The position numbers were made by a program, and so were the translations under genes. A model generated the notes under the pieces. That model had not been told where the DNA came from. It made no database searches and was given only the letters and a program-made list of their open reading frames with translations. Source: Octopus bimaculoides (taxonomy: Eukaryota). From it: a stretch of 63,247 nucleotides of DNA. Where the stretch lies: positions 65,133,013 to 65,196,259 of the forward strand of contig NC_068984.1 in the NCBI RefSeq assembly GCF_001194135.2, written 5' to 3'. Shown here in pieces: positions 1 through 13,230 of this stretch. The stretch's first letter is position 1. The number at the start of each line of letters is the position of its first letter.

Positions 1-92
1 AGGCTTTGGTTGGCCCAAGGCTATATAGTAGAAGACACTTGCCCAATGTGCCATACAGTAGTTGGGAAACAAGCTTCTTAGCACACAGCCAT
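1..92 (-). mobile_element. tRNA-derived SINE family B, 5' head, cut by the window edge
   Basis: Reverse complement of the head seen at 53165 (agaagacacttgcccaa...aagcttcttagcacacagcc). Confidence 0.75.
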
Positions 93-1020
93 TCAGTTTG
101 GAACTCTGTATATATTATCATACACCAGTCTGCTTCCAGTACAATGGTTTGTTTGCCACTAAGTATTATTATTGGTTATGATATATAGAGTAAATGTGAG
201 AGAAATTATAATAAACACAAGTGTATATCACTTGTTCTGTCTGATCCTAACAACAGAATAAATTATAAAAAATAGTGTTTATCATAGTTTCTTCTCATAT
301 GTTATTGCTATCTATTAAGTAATATTACTTAAAATAATCCCCAGTATCATCTAATATTGAATATCATTAAAAAAAACAACTTCAGGAAACATTTCATTTC
401 TTATACACTAGAAATTTATTTAGATTTAAAATTCTTATATATACCTTCCAAGCTATCTTTCAGAACTTTTGAGGGATTTAAACATATTTGATATGTATAA
501 TTCTCATTTATACTTTAACTGTAAGTATATTAAGAGAATGTTTGAGAATATTTCCAGTTGATTAATTTCTATTGTGAGTATAATAAATATTACTAATTTA
601 AATTAATTATATGCTTTGGAACCAAATATGTACCTGAAGAAATATCATGCAACAAAATGTCAAAAACAGAGTAATCAACTTACACTTATTTGCTAATAGT
701 TATGGATGAAACTAAGAAATCTTCTAAAAATTCTGAAATAATTGCCTTTATCTTTTTTAACTAGCAAAACTTGCTATGGTTTCAGTCATTAATAAACTCT
801 GGTGATTACCTTATTAAGCATAAGGTCAAAACTGCAAGCTGGAATATGATGTACAAATAGTTTGATAAATTTAACATTAATATTTCTTTCTATTTTTGTT
901 GATAGCAATTATGGGTGAAAACTGCAACAAAGTGAGATATAAACAAATACTTTAGGATTAAAATAATTTAAGGTCAACATTGGTCTTTTTTTTTATTTCT
1001 GATTTTTAGTCGTCACTTAC

Positions 1021-1229
1021 TTTTGTCTAAAAACTGGAATATTCCTCGAAATCCAGTGTAATTTCCAGGGCCCGTATCAGAATGAAATTCTAAGATGAGA
1101 CTGCGTCCAGATGAATAATGTTTCTTTTGTATGGTGCTAATGTTGCCACACACTTCATAATTCCAGCTACTGTATTGGTTCACTTCTGCTCGATCGAGAT
1201 CCAAGAAGAATTTTAAAAAGTCTGTACAC
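1021..1229 (-). CDS. Internal coding exon, C-terminal half of a CUB domain; tentatively suppressor-of-lurcher-1 (SOL-1)-like multi-CUB protein
   Basis: Acceptor ttattttccAG (AG at 1231-1230) and donor GTAAGT (1020-1015); 209 nt, phase 2 to phase 1. The open frame CTDFLKFFLDLDRAEVNQYSSWNYEVCGNISTIQKKHYSSGRSLILEFHSDTGPGNYTGFRGIFQFLDK has CUB hallmarks (C-x-D-F-L, xCG, S-S-G-x-x-L-x-L-x-F-x-S-D, GF-x-x-x-F). The SOL-1 assignment is from recalled similarity only. Confidence 0.88.
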
Positions 1230-3082
1230 CTGGAAAATAATATAAAAATAATAAACAATTAATTACTTGTGAATAATTTGGCATCTCACACTTAAGAGTT
1301 TTTAATATGACAGTTTCAACAAGGAACAACTTTAAGTGCAAAAATCATTTACCAAATTCTGAACTTGAAATCTACACAAAAATTTTAAAAAATTATGAGT
1401 TGCTGTAATAATAATGATGATGATTTCATCTGAAGCAAAACTTTGTATGGAATATTCTGCAGATAATATCAGCTATATATCATAAATATTTTCTATTCTT
1501 TAGTATTCTTTGTCAGAAATTAGACATATAATTTTTAAATGTAACCTATTTACCCCAACTTGAAATATGTATGCAGCACATTTATAAAGCTTCATGTTCT
1601 TAATAATTATGCAGTTCTCACTTCATTTAAAACATTTCAAAGTTGTGTAATTGTGAATAATTCATAAAAAACAGACAATGCAAAGAGTTATTGCAATTTT
1701 CTCTAATTATCAAGATAATCATGTCTGCAAAGGAATTTTGTTAATACCATGATTTCTACTGTGAAAGTTGATGTGAGCGGATATTAATACTGAATGTTTT
1801 TAAGGTTTCAGAACTTGAACAATTAATATCATCATGTTACACTATACAGTTCACTTCAGATTGAGACCAACCAACAGAGTTTCAGAGAACATAAACAATA
1901 TTTATTTTAATCAAATGTTTCCTTCAAAGGTGTTCTTAAAAAAAATTGAAACAATAATTAAGTTTTGCATTGTTGTTGTTGTTGTTATTGTTGATCCCAC
2001 AAGACAACTATGATAGAGCAAACCTAGGATCAAAGATGTTCCAGTTACATTCTATCTTTATGAATGTCAAAGACCAAAATATTTAGCATTTCTTTTCTGT
2101 CTTTTACAGTTGGTAAGTTATATCACAAATTTGACTGATATTTATTTCTAGCAAGCAGAATGTGACGATGTAGAGGTTCATTAAAACTTAAGTAATACTC
2201 AATACTGTTGTTGGTCGTTTAGTTGAGTTACAATCTTACTGACAATAAACTCATGCATTGTTGTTTTGTAGATGGGAAGTAACCAAACGAATTCTTAAAG
2301 TGCCTTCAAACCTAATGTATAAAATACAACAAAATGCTTTGGCACAAGGTATTTATAGTAAGTGAATCTGGTACATGGAAATGTATGTGTAAATGTATGT
2401 ATGTATGTACATGTGTGTATGTACATGTGTGTATGTTGTGCACATACATTGGTGCTTCTTTCTCACTGCTTGACAATTCGTGTTGGACAGTTAACATCTT
2501 TGAGTCTTAGTGGTTTGGCAAAGAAGGCTGATACACTAACTACCAATTCAGATTCAGCCTTATCAAAGTACATGACTACAAGATACCCTATAATGAAAGC
2601 CATAGAGCCACCAAAATACAACAACTTTAGCATGAGCTAAGAACTTTAATGAAGCATTACTAAGGGGCTAGTGAAGAAGACTATCAGCTGCAAGCAATGT
2701 GATATCAACAAAGCTCTGAGCGAGCTCTTAGAATGACCAGCGTATCAGAGAAGGTGGTGGTGGGGAGGGATATATTCTATGTACAAAGCTGGAGAGAAAG
2801 TGACTAGTTGGATTTAAATAAAGAAATCGATCTTATTTCGGCTGGGGTACAAACTGAGGCTTTGTCAGCCTGAGTTGGGTCAAATGATTGAGGATGAGGC
2901 CTGATGTTGAAAGACCTGAAACCCTCCAAAATTTCAGGAGCATCACTGATGATGCATCCTAGAGTACCTATGAGAGGTAAGATGGAACACACACACACAC
3001 ACACACACATACACACACACACATACACACACACACATACACACACACACATACACACACACACACACATACATACATACAT

Positions 3083-3393
3083 GTTGTTGGCACTCTGTAG
3101 CTTACGACGTCGAGGGTTCCGGTCGATCTGATCAATGGAACAGCCTGCTCGTGAAATTAACGTGCAAGTGGCTGAGCACTCCACAGACACGTGTACCCTT
3201 AACGTAGTTCTCAGGGATATTCAGCGTGACACAGTGTGACAAGGCTGACCATTTGAATTACAGGCACAACAGAAACAGGAAGTAAGCGTGAGAGAAAGTT
3301 GTGGTGGAAGAGTACAGCAGGGTTCGCCGCCATCCCCTGCAATCCTATGACCGCGAGTCCGCTGCCCTAACCATTGGGCCATTGCGCCTCCAC
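3083..3393 (-). mobile_element. tRNA-derived SINE (octopus OR/OK-like), internally deleted, with a 16-bp TSD
   Basis: Minus strand begins gtggaggcgcaatggcccaatggttagggcagcggactcgcgg (tRNA-like, A box) and ends ...gagtgccaacaaca. ACATACATACATACAT flanks it at 3067-3082 and 3395-3410. Confidence 0.8.
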
Positions 3394-4052
3394 TACATAC
3401 ATACATACATAGAAAAAGCGTTGGGGAGCAACTTTTTTACAAATAAAAGGAATAAAATTATATCAAACTGAATTAGAAACAAAGTTTATCAATTGTCTGA
3501 ATGGAAAAGCTAAATGTAAATTCAAAATAAACTCGTCTTGATAAAACTACTGTAAGCACACAAGCAAAGAAATCTACATGTTTTTGATTTAAAAAAGCAA
3601 AGAAATGACAATGATGATGACGGTGGTAATGGTGTTAATGATGATGGTAGTGGTGATGTTGATGATGATGATACCACTGATGGCAGTAGTGGTAGTGGCA
3701 GTAATGATCATGATGGTGCCAAGATCCCAAATGGGAAACCAAAGAGAAAATTCAAATTATATCAAGCAATAACAAAACTTAAACAGAAGTGACAAAATAT
3801 TAAATTGTTTGCTATATTTTTCAATTCCTGTTGAAAGCTTTTCCTTTCATTCTTTTTCTTCCTTTTTTTTTTTTTTGATATAAATATTCTGAAGAGTCTA
3901 ATGGTGTTTATTTAGCTAAGCTGTCAGGTTTTTCTAGATAAACAACTTCCTTTCACATTTGTGAATATTCTTTGTTTTTCTTTAAGTTTGTTGACATAGT
4001 TGCAATTCATAAGAAAAGGAATTGGGAAGAATGTTGTAAGAAAAGTTTATGT

Positions 4053-4094
<42 letters not shown>

Positions 4095-4919
4095 TGTAAT
4101 AAAAGAATTTGTATAACATGTAGAAAATATTAAAAAATTGTATTGATTATTATTCATAGGAGTTGAGAAAAATATGGAAATATATGGTTCAAGTAGTGGC
4201 ATAATTATCATTTTTACTATTTACTTGTTTATGATTTATTATTCCAGAATTTTCTGCAAGGACATAGTACAGTATCATCAATTTAATTGAAGGGTTTTCC
4301 ATACTACTGGACCATATCTTTCAGTCACACTAAACAGTCTCTGTCAATGCCTCCCATTCAATAAAATTCTCAACATATCTTATATAATTAGATTGGGTTT
4401 GTGTTCAGAAACAGTGGCTATATGAAGTAGTTATTGTCTTTTCCTGTTTATTTTTTAATTCATTTGAACTATTATGTTCAAGAGGATGCTGGGACAAAAC
4501 ATTCATAACGAGCAAATTATAACTGTACCATGGTAAGTAATTTAATGGATACATTTATCATCAATAAAAAAGTTTTAATAATGTGGCCATAATTCAAATA
4601 TTGAAGGATTGCATATTTTGTCTCAACATTGCAAGTTTGTCGTGATTAATGACTCTGTAGTAGATATTTGTAAAGACAGTACCAATTTCTTAAAACTAAT
4701 AACAGTAGCTAAGTAAGAGAAACAATTATAATAACAAATCCTTTTATAGCCATTGTTCTTAGAGACTTAAAAGTACACCAATTTAACAATTTTCATATAT
4801 ACTTATTTGGTTGTGGATGAGTTGCATCAATGAATTTAGCTTTAACATAGCTCTTAGAGAGAAGAAACCAAGGAAGCATTCAGCAGTAACTCACAATTCA
4901 AAAAATATTACAGGACACC

Positions 4920-5045
4920 ACATCATCATCATCATCCTTTAATGTCTGTCTTCCAGCTGGTATGGGTTCAATGATTTGAAAGAATCCAACAAACAAGAGT
5001 ATTGCATCAAGTGCCAATGTCTGCTATAGCATGATTTCTATGGCT
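4920..5045 (-). mobile_element. Decayed 3' end of the (GAT)n-tailed retroelement (family A)
   Basis: catcatcatcatcatcctttaatgtctgtcttcca is the reverse complement of the tail at 12170-12207. Confidence 0.55.
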
Positions 5046-5077
5046 CAATGCTCTTTCTAACACCAGAATGCCTTTCA

Positions 5078-5116
<39 letters not shown>

Positions 5117-5120
5117 CGTG

Positions 5121-5510
5121 CACACACAGACATGGTTTTGTGGTAAGATGATTGCCTATTAACCTCACGCTTCTGAGTTCAGTCCTACTGCATGGCATCT
5201 TGGGAAATTCTCTTCAACTATAGCACATGTTGACCAGAACCTTGTGAATGGATTTGGTAATTGGAAACTGAAAGAAGTCCATCACATGTGCTCATGCGTG
5301 CATATGTGTATTTCTTTGTGCTTGCATTTGTCTCCAATATCACTTGACAACCAGTGTTTGTTTAAGTCACCGTCACTTAGTATTTTGGCAAAAGAGACTG
5401 ATAAAATAAGTACCAAGCTTTAACAAATAAGATCTGGGGTCAATTTGTTTGGCTAAAACTGCTCAAGGTGGTATCTCAGCATAGCCATGGTCCAATTGCT
5501 TTGTTATCTT
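5121..5510 (+). mobile_element. SINE family B (CORE-like cttgggcaag motif), decayed, near full length
   Basis: Colinear with the 53165-53590 copy: head, ggaaactgaaagaag, cttgacaacc, aataagtacc, ggtggt...cagcat tail. Confidence 0.7.
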
Positions 5511-6770
5511 CTTTCAATCTCAGCAGTATAGAAAGTACTGAAGAAGAGTTTTTGCGTTTTAAATATTACGATGAATCATTAAGTGAACTTTTAACTTTAG
5601 AGCAAAATTCCTACAACAATAATTAATTGTTAATGCATTAACAGTGTTTGTATTATAACTAATATCTAATTAGAAATCATTATAATATAAAAGTCATTAT
5701 TTTGATTGCGCTATAGATTGAGTTAGTTTCTCTGTGTATGTAAATTTTGATATCATACAATAACAGTCCAATGTTATGGAGTAATATTCTTCTACTTAAA
5801 TAGAGAGGAAAGTGATTTGATTTGCTAGACTAATTATCAGAATAAATTACAATGTCATTGGGAAATACACATTTTCATAGCAACTCAAAAGTGAAATGAT
5901 TTATTAAATCCTTTCTAAGCCATCACAATTGATTGTTGCATCTACAAAATATCCTCACATTATTTAAACACATCTACTTCAATTTAATCATTTCTTTTTT
6001 TATTTTTTTTAATATTTTCTCTATTGTAACTCTCTTGTTACTTCAGTTTCCTTTAAAGTACAGTATAACACTTTTACATTCATTGGACATAGCCCCATCT
6101 CCTAGTAGTTGCATTCTAATACATTCAGTTCTCAGTATTTCCACAAACATGACTATTTTATTTCTCAGCACACGCACATCAACGTTGAAACATATATTAC
6201 TTACTAACCACTCTACTTGCAATCATTTTGCATTTAATATTGTTTTATACAATTTTCATTTTCTTTACGCTATGAAATAAATAAACTATCTACATAATAA
6301 TTTCATATGAACTTTTGACACCATATGATCTGAATGTTTCCTGTTAAAAATATTCTGACACTATCAAAGCAGACTTTCACCTAAATTGTCTTGTGAATTT
6401 CTAGTTTAATGTTTTAACTCTTTTTACATCCATTTCCACCATAGTTACATGAGAGAGAATGTGTTTTGTAGGAGAAACTAATTTTTACAGCTGGATGCAT
6501 TATTTATTTGATCACAAAGTGGGAGTGGAAACCTATTTTGTGCATCAAGTAAACTTGAGAAAGTGAACTTAATTATGTGTCTAGAATAGGGTTGAAATGC
6601 AATGTAATCCAGCATTTTGCTTTGCAATAACTGTTTTTCTCATACAAAATATGGAAGATGAAATGCAAGATACAAAATTAATCATGTACTTCATAAGAAT
6701 TTAATAAACATTGAAAAAAATATTCTTGAATGAGTTTTTTTAAAATTGCAATATTCGCAATCTGTCTTTA

Positions 6771-7190
6771 TATTTTACTTGTTTCAGTCATTTGACCGTG
6801 GCCATGCTGGGGTACCACCTTGAAGGACTTTCAGTTGAATGAATTGTACTTATTTTCTCTTTTAAGTCTGGTATTTATTCTGTCAATCTCTTTTCCTGAA
6901 CTACTGTGTTATGGGGGCATAAATACATCAACACTTATTGTCAAATGGTGGTGAGGACAAATACAAACACAAAAATTCAGACACACACGCACACACATGC
7001 ACACACGCACACACATGCACACACATATGCACACACGATGGGTTCCTTTCAGTTTCCATCAACCAAATACACTCACAAAGCTTTGGTCAGCCTGTGGCTA
7101 TAAAAGAAGACCCTTGCCCAAAGTTACATGCAGTAGTTCTGAACCTGGAACCATGTGATTGGGAAGCAAACTTCTTACCACACAGCCATA
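6771..7190 (-). mobile_element. SINE family B, near full length, with an internal (CA)n tract
   Basis: Runs from tacttgtttcagtcatttgaccgtggccatgctgg (reverse-complement tail) through ctttcagtttccatc and cccttgcccaa to cttcttaccacacagcc (reverse-complement head). Confidence 0.8.
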
Positions 7191-10100
7191 TTTCTCAACT
7201 GTTTAAATAAAGTACCTATTTCAATCTAAAACAAAGCAAATGATATAACATACTATGCTATAGTAAGTATAATAGCTACATATATTTTAAAGTAAAATAG
7301 AAAACAAATTATTTTTATTTATCAACACAAAACTAATTTTCCTTTACAATCTCTTATATTTACTTAGGAAGTCATACATCACATCAGCAAATATAGGAAG
7401 GTTATGCTTCACTGAGTTCAGAATAAGACTAAAACATGTCATCTGAAATGGTCCTGTCATCATGCTTGGAAAATGAAAACATATTAATCATTGACAAATA
7501 TTGTTCTTTTCCCCTAGTATATTTATTTTTAATTAGTTTATTAATAATATTCCAACCATTAAATTGGTTAACACGAACCTACTATGAAAATAAATTAGTA
7601 TACTGTTTGCTTTGGATATGAAATTTAAAGAGAGTAGTAAACTTAAAATTTATTCATTCATAAATTCTAATTAATAAACCCCACCCCCCACAAAACAAGC
7701 AATTTACATTATCAAGGTTAATAGGTTTTACACCAAACTATCTCTCCTGAGTTAGTATGTGACAAGATTTTAACGACTTAACAGAGGGAACAAATTTACT
7801 AAACATAATCACATTTTCTGAAATAATCAGTTTTGAAATTGATATATAAGCTAATAGGTAATATGCACACACAGACACCCACACACACAGACACACACAA
7901 AAACATACATACAAACACAAACAGAATGAAAAGAAGTCTTCGGGGAAAATGAACATAAAAGAAAGGGGACTGTGATCAATCTTAAGTCACTAGTGAATAA
8001 TATAAATAGGTAAAGTGAAAAAGAATGCCATTTTTCTCCAATAATAATAATCTTGAAAAAGTATGAATTGAAAATAACCACCAAAGATTGCTTCAATGGG
8101 TATTACTCCTTAACTTCTAAGTCAAGAACTTCCTCATTTTCTTAATGACATACTACAATGCAATTTTCTGAGCAGAAAATGAAAATATTGTATGCACTAA
8201 CCAAGCAGTACACTAATGAATGAGTGCATGCATGCACGTGTGTGTGTGTGAAGGTGAGATAGATAGATAGAGAGAGAGGGGGGGAGCGTGTGTGTGTACT
8301 GGCAACTTTTGTTTTAGATTTTAGATAAAAAGGAAAAAAAACAATTCTGTTGATTAATGAAGACACTTTTAACAAGGCATGAAGATAATCAGTTTTGTGG
8401 GAATAAATTAACACCTATACTAACATATTCATAAAACAATGAAAAACTTAACAAAAAAATTGGACTTAATTTATATATGCAATCAAACAGAATTTGAGCA
8501 TAGCTAATAACATACATTTCTATAACAAATTGTGATGAATTGACACCTCCTAGCAATTGTACTCATTCCATAATAATATGTTATTATTTCCTTACATGTC
8601 TAACTAGACTTAAAATATCAAAAATCAATGAATGCATAGAAAGATAAATGCATATGTGTACACCATACATAATTTTTTAAATGCATCATGTGCATACATC
8701 ATTATAGTTAATGCCTGATATAGTCACAGAGAGTTTCATGAAGACATTAAAAATCACATATTACTAACAACTTAAAATCTCAAGCCAAACTTTCAAGCTT
8801 TAAGAATTAATAATATAATCAAATTAACTTGTAGCAACTTTGTAACATAAAATTACCAGAGAAAAATATAACCAGCTATATAATATGACAGTCAGTAGAA
8901 TGTGTGACTTTATAAGAATAGAGTATGGACAGATAAAAATATATTTTGGTGTATTTGGTTTGGTTTTAAATGCACCAAGGTGTGTTCAAGTGAAGTTAGT
9001 AATGAGTATGGTTATGGACTACTGTGACTACTTCATGTGAAATAAATGATATTCCACAGCACATGACAAAAATAATTTAATTATATCATTTTATGCATTC
9101 ATTCCAGATCCCAAAAAGGAAATTCTGTTTTATCAGCCTTCTAGGGTTGATAAAAGCGAGTACATAGGAAGTACTTGAATTTGCTATATCTTTCTCGAAA
9201 TATTTTGGCATTATGCCCCAGTTAGAAATCATGTTTACTATTGTAAAGAAGAGGAGAATAAAAAGAGGGAAAGGAGTAGGAAGATAATATAAATTTTCTT
9301 TAGTTTGAATAGATTTTTTAGCTTACATTGTGTAGTTCTGATAATTTAGAAATTTGCATAAATTGTTGGAGAATAAAAAAAATGCAATACAAAAGATATA
9401 AGGAAGCAAACAAGAGTAAAATATTTTGTTCTCATGTTACAATGCAAACAATACAGATTTTTTAAATGTAAGTTTCTAGCTTCCAGCATGATTTTGGCAT
9501 ACAGTCAGGCCATCCTTAAGTACTTATTTTAATATGATAGCCATCATCATTGTTAATAGTACAATCTAGTTAAACTAAATGACAAAATTTTTTGCACTAC
9601 TTTACTTCTCAGGACAAATACTGAAAATTTCCGCACCAACCCCTAAAGAGAAAAATAATTTATAATCCTACATATGAGTATTTGTGATATGCGAGTGTGT
9701 GTGAATCAAATGGTGGTGCTACCAGATTTTCAGGCCTTTCTTGCAACATCAATTCAAGAAAGTGCTTAATATGTTTTCTAGATTTTGCTTCTTTGATTTT
9801 GTGAGCGAGTGTTTTAACTTCCTTACATTTGCATAATTGATTTTTCTCTTCATTCATTCCCCAATCTTTCAATTTTATTCTACAGTTCATATTTCAATGA
9901 AGACATTCATTGTCACATCATACTTTCAATGGCTTCACAGTTCAGTATCCATTATGAAAACACCAATACTATGTGCACAATGTTGTTAGCAAAGAAATAG
10001 ATTTTTTAAACCATTTCAGTGAGACAAAAATGTACAGTAACAACTCAATCATATCATCTTTACATGTATTTGTTCCTTTTTTTTTCTTATAGTGTATCAG

Positions 10101-11849
10101 ATACCAGTTGATGGATATCATAAACATTGGAATGAAAAATATATATTTAAAAAAATAAAACTTACAATATCAAATGTAAAAACTGATGGTTATAGACACC
10201 AAATAAACAGAATCTGTTTCATATTTTAAAGAGTGAAAAAATATTAATGGACAAAATGAAATCTTAACTATTGAAGCTGAGATTGTAGATCATTTATCAA
10301 ATCGTAATAGAAGAGTTTACTTTTTTATTTTTTCAAGAAAGCATAGTTACTGATATGTACTTAAAAAAGACTTGTCGACAGGAAAGATAAAGACTTATGT
10401 AGAATAGAACAAACTGAAAAGAGGTAATAGACTGATAAACTAATACTGTGTATATTATTACAATATATGGAAAATTCTACAGCTAACAATAATGATGAAT
10501 AATTTTAAGATCATCATTATAAAGGTAATGTTTGCAAAAATGATTACTATGAGGACATCATTTGTACATTAGTGAAATGGAAACAGAAACATTAAGTTAT
10601 TAAGCAATCTAAGTGCTATACTAGAGGAAACTGATTATTTTTTTTTCTTTGTTGTTGCATTTAATTATATTACATAGTTCTATGCTGGCACATGCAAATA
10701 TATATAAGTACAAAACTTAGTATATGCAAACTATTAGAACATTTAGCATTCAAATATTTCTTTAAAATTTCACATGTTGAGGTCCCAATTGAAACTATAA
10801 TTTCTTCTATAATACTATTGACAAAAACTGAATATATTAATAAATTTCTGCTAATGATATTGACAATAATGATGAAAAGATAGCAAAGAAGAAAAAGGAT
10901 GATGATGATGATGATGACAGAAAAAAATAATTTATTTCAATGGAAAGAGAACTTTGATGTCACTCAATAGATTTCAGTAATAACTTTACTATTAAGGGAA
11001 AAAAAATGTCACATCAAATCAAGCAAAAGCTTTTATGTAGGATGGATGAGCATTAGAGTCAAGAAAGAACAGAAAGAAAAGATAAAATGTGAAAAAAAAT
11101 AATAAAATATAAAAATCAAGGAACTGACAGGCTATTAGAGATGAGATTATGATGTAAATGTCTAAATATGATTAATATTTGTCATTATTATACAAACCAT
11201 TGATCATAATGTTGTACCCAGAGACACCAATATGTAGAAGGTGTTTTATGTTGAGAGAAAGAGAGAGAAAAAAATGTCACAGATGGCTTCAAAAATTTGT
11301 AACAAATAATTGCTTTTGATATAAAAAAGACAGACCCTGTTGCACTGGAGAATTACCAAAAAATACAGCTTTAAACTTGATGCCAATAAATGTGATATGA
11401 AATTCTGATTAGAGAGCGTAAAAGAGAGAAAAGAAAGAGAAAGAGTACTTTCAACCCCTTCTCAACCAAAAATGGTAAAGATGATGAAATCATACATGGT
11501 ACCAATAAATAGAAAATAAAATCCCAATATTGCCTAATAGAAATACATATTAGTTTTAATGTCCCTATTGCACGATATTATTTCAGAAGTGATAATGACA
11601 TCTTGAAGTAAAAGAAAAAGTGAAAATTATTTCTAAACCTTTTTACTTATAATTTCATCAAAAGTCAACAGTATTTTTATACATTTCCTCTTCTAAGTTT
11701 AATTAAATAATTTATGCCTAAATGCATCAGATATTTCCTAGAAACAAATTAATTCTTATTTGATAACATTATATATAAAGACGATTGCAAAACAAAACTG
11801 ATAAGAAATTTGCAAATAAGTTTGAATTAAAATAATTAAGTTAACTTGG

Positions 11850-12207
11850 TTCTTGTGCGGGTGGCACATGAGATGCACCATTTTGAGCGTGGCTGTTGCC
11901 AGTACTGCCTGACTGGCTCCCGTAGGATTTTCGAGCGAGATCGTTGCCAGTGCCCCTGGACTGGCTTGTGCGGGTGGCACATAAAAGACACCATTTCGAG
12001 CGTGGCCGTTTTCGTGCGGGTGACACGTAAAAGCACCCACTACACTCTCTGAGTGGTTGGCGTTAGGAAGGGCATCCAGCTGTAGAAACTCTGCCAAATC
12101 AGACTGGAGCCTGGTGTTGCCATCTGGTTTCACCAGTCCTCAGTCAAATCGTCCAACCCATGCTAGCATGGAAAGCGGACGTTAAACGATGATGATGATG
12201 ATGATGA
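11850..12207 (+). mobile_element. 3' end of a non-LTR retroelement (family A; LINE 3'UTR or SINE) with a modular repeat array and (GAT)n tail
   Basis: High GC relative to the flanks and near-identical to 46343-46642 and 47391-47700. Ends ggaaagcggacgttaaac(gat)n. Confidence 0.85.
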
Positions 12208-12360
12208 CAGAAATGAAACAAAAGTGCAAGAATCAGTTCATCAAAATCTCTGTATACATTATTCTAAAAGTTATCATACCTATCTACTAAATGCAACATA
12301 TATTTTATAATAACAAGAAATACAAGAAATCCAATAATCTAAATATTCTGTATCTTTTAA

Positions 12361-12903
12361 TTTGTACTTGTTTCAGTCATTAGATTGTGGCCATGCTGGG
12401 GCACTACCTTTGATCTTTTTTTTTTTTTTGGTAGTCAAGTGAATCAAACCCAGTACTTATTTTTTTTCTTTTGAGTCTGGTTCTTATTCTACCAGTAACT
12501 ACCAGCTAAGTTATGAATGTAAACACACCAACACTAGTTGTCAAGCAGTGATGTGACACAAGCATGGACACACACACACAGATATATATATATATATATC
12601 ATATCATATCATATCATATCAGTTTCAGGAGAAAATCTATTCTAGTTGACAGAACCCCACTTGGTCTGATGAAGTTTTAAGGTCCCACATGGTGAATTAA
12701 AGTAATTAGATAAGAAAATCAGCATATTTATAGGTGTAGGCATGGCTGTGTGGTTAGCTTGCTTCCTAACTACATGATTCTGGGTTCAGCCCCACAGTAA
12801 GTGTCTCCTACTATAGCCTTAGGTTGACCAAAGCCTTGTGAGTGGATTTGGTAGATGGAAACTGAAATAAGCCTGTCATATATCTGTATGTATAAACCTG
12901 TCA

Positions 12904-12944
<41 letters not shown>

Positions 12945-12990
12945 ACATACACATATATGACAGGCTTATTTCAGTTTCCATCTACCAAAT
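12361..12990. mobile_element. Rearranged SINE family B: 3' half on minus (12361-12590), 5' half on plus (12732-12883), and a 38-bp minus fragment (12953-12990)
   Basis: Direct alignment to the 53165-53590 copy; a perfect 38-bp inverted repeat surrounds (TA)n. Confidence 0.75.
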
Positions 12991-13015
12991 ACCTACTCTA
13001 TCTATTTTCAGATCT

Positions 13016-13215
13016 ACTATATTTCCTGGTGTACTTTTACATAAGACAAACCCTACTTTTCGTGGAAAAACAGTATATTTTGGGGGAAAATAAATTCAAC
13101 ATGTCTCATCATACACTCAGTACCCTATCTGTAGTATGGTCAGATTAGACAGATGTCAATATTTTGTTACATTTAAGAATAAAAGGAGCATGTCTTATAC
13201 ATCAGTATATATGGT
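13016..13215. mobile_element. Putative Tc1/mariner-superfamily (pogo-like) MITE relic
   Basis: Imperfect TIRs: actatatttcctggtgta[cttttaca]taagaca (13016-13048) versus tgtcttatacatcagtatatatggt (13191-13215). They match at 21/25 once the 8-nt insertion is removed. Confidence 0.4.
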
Positions 13216-13230
13216 CCGTTATGCATCACT

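Noticed and set aside
9660-9890. 76-aa ORF with a CKCK motif
   Set aside because: No recognisable domain or splice structure.
11756-12133. Similar ORFs MKPDG..RLQSDLAEFLQLDALPNANHSES at 11756-12133, 46298-46555 and 47309-47590
   Set aside because: They are antisense frames of the family A repeat; the similarity comes from the DNA repeat, not from a protein family.
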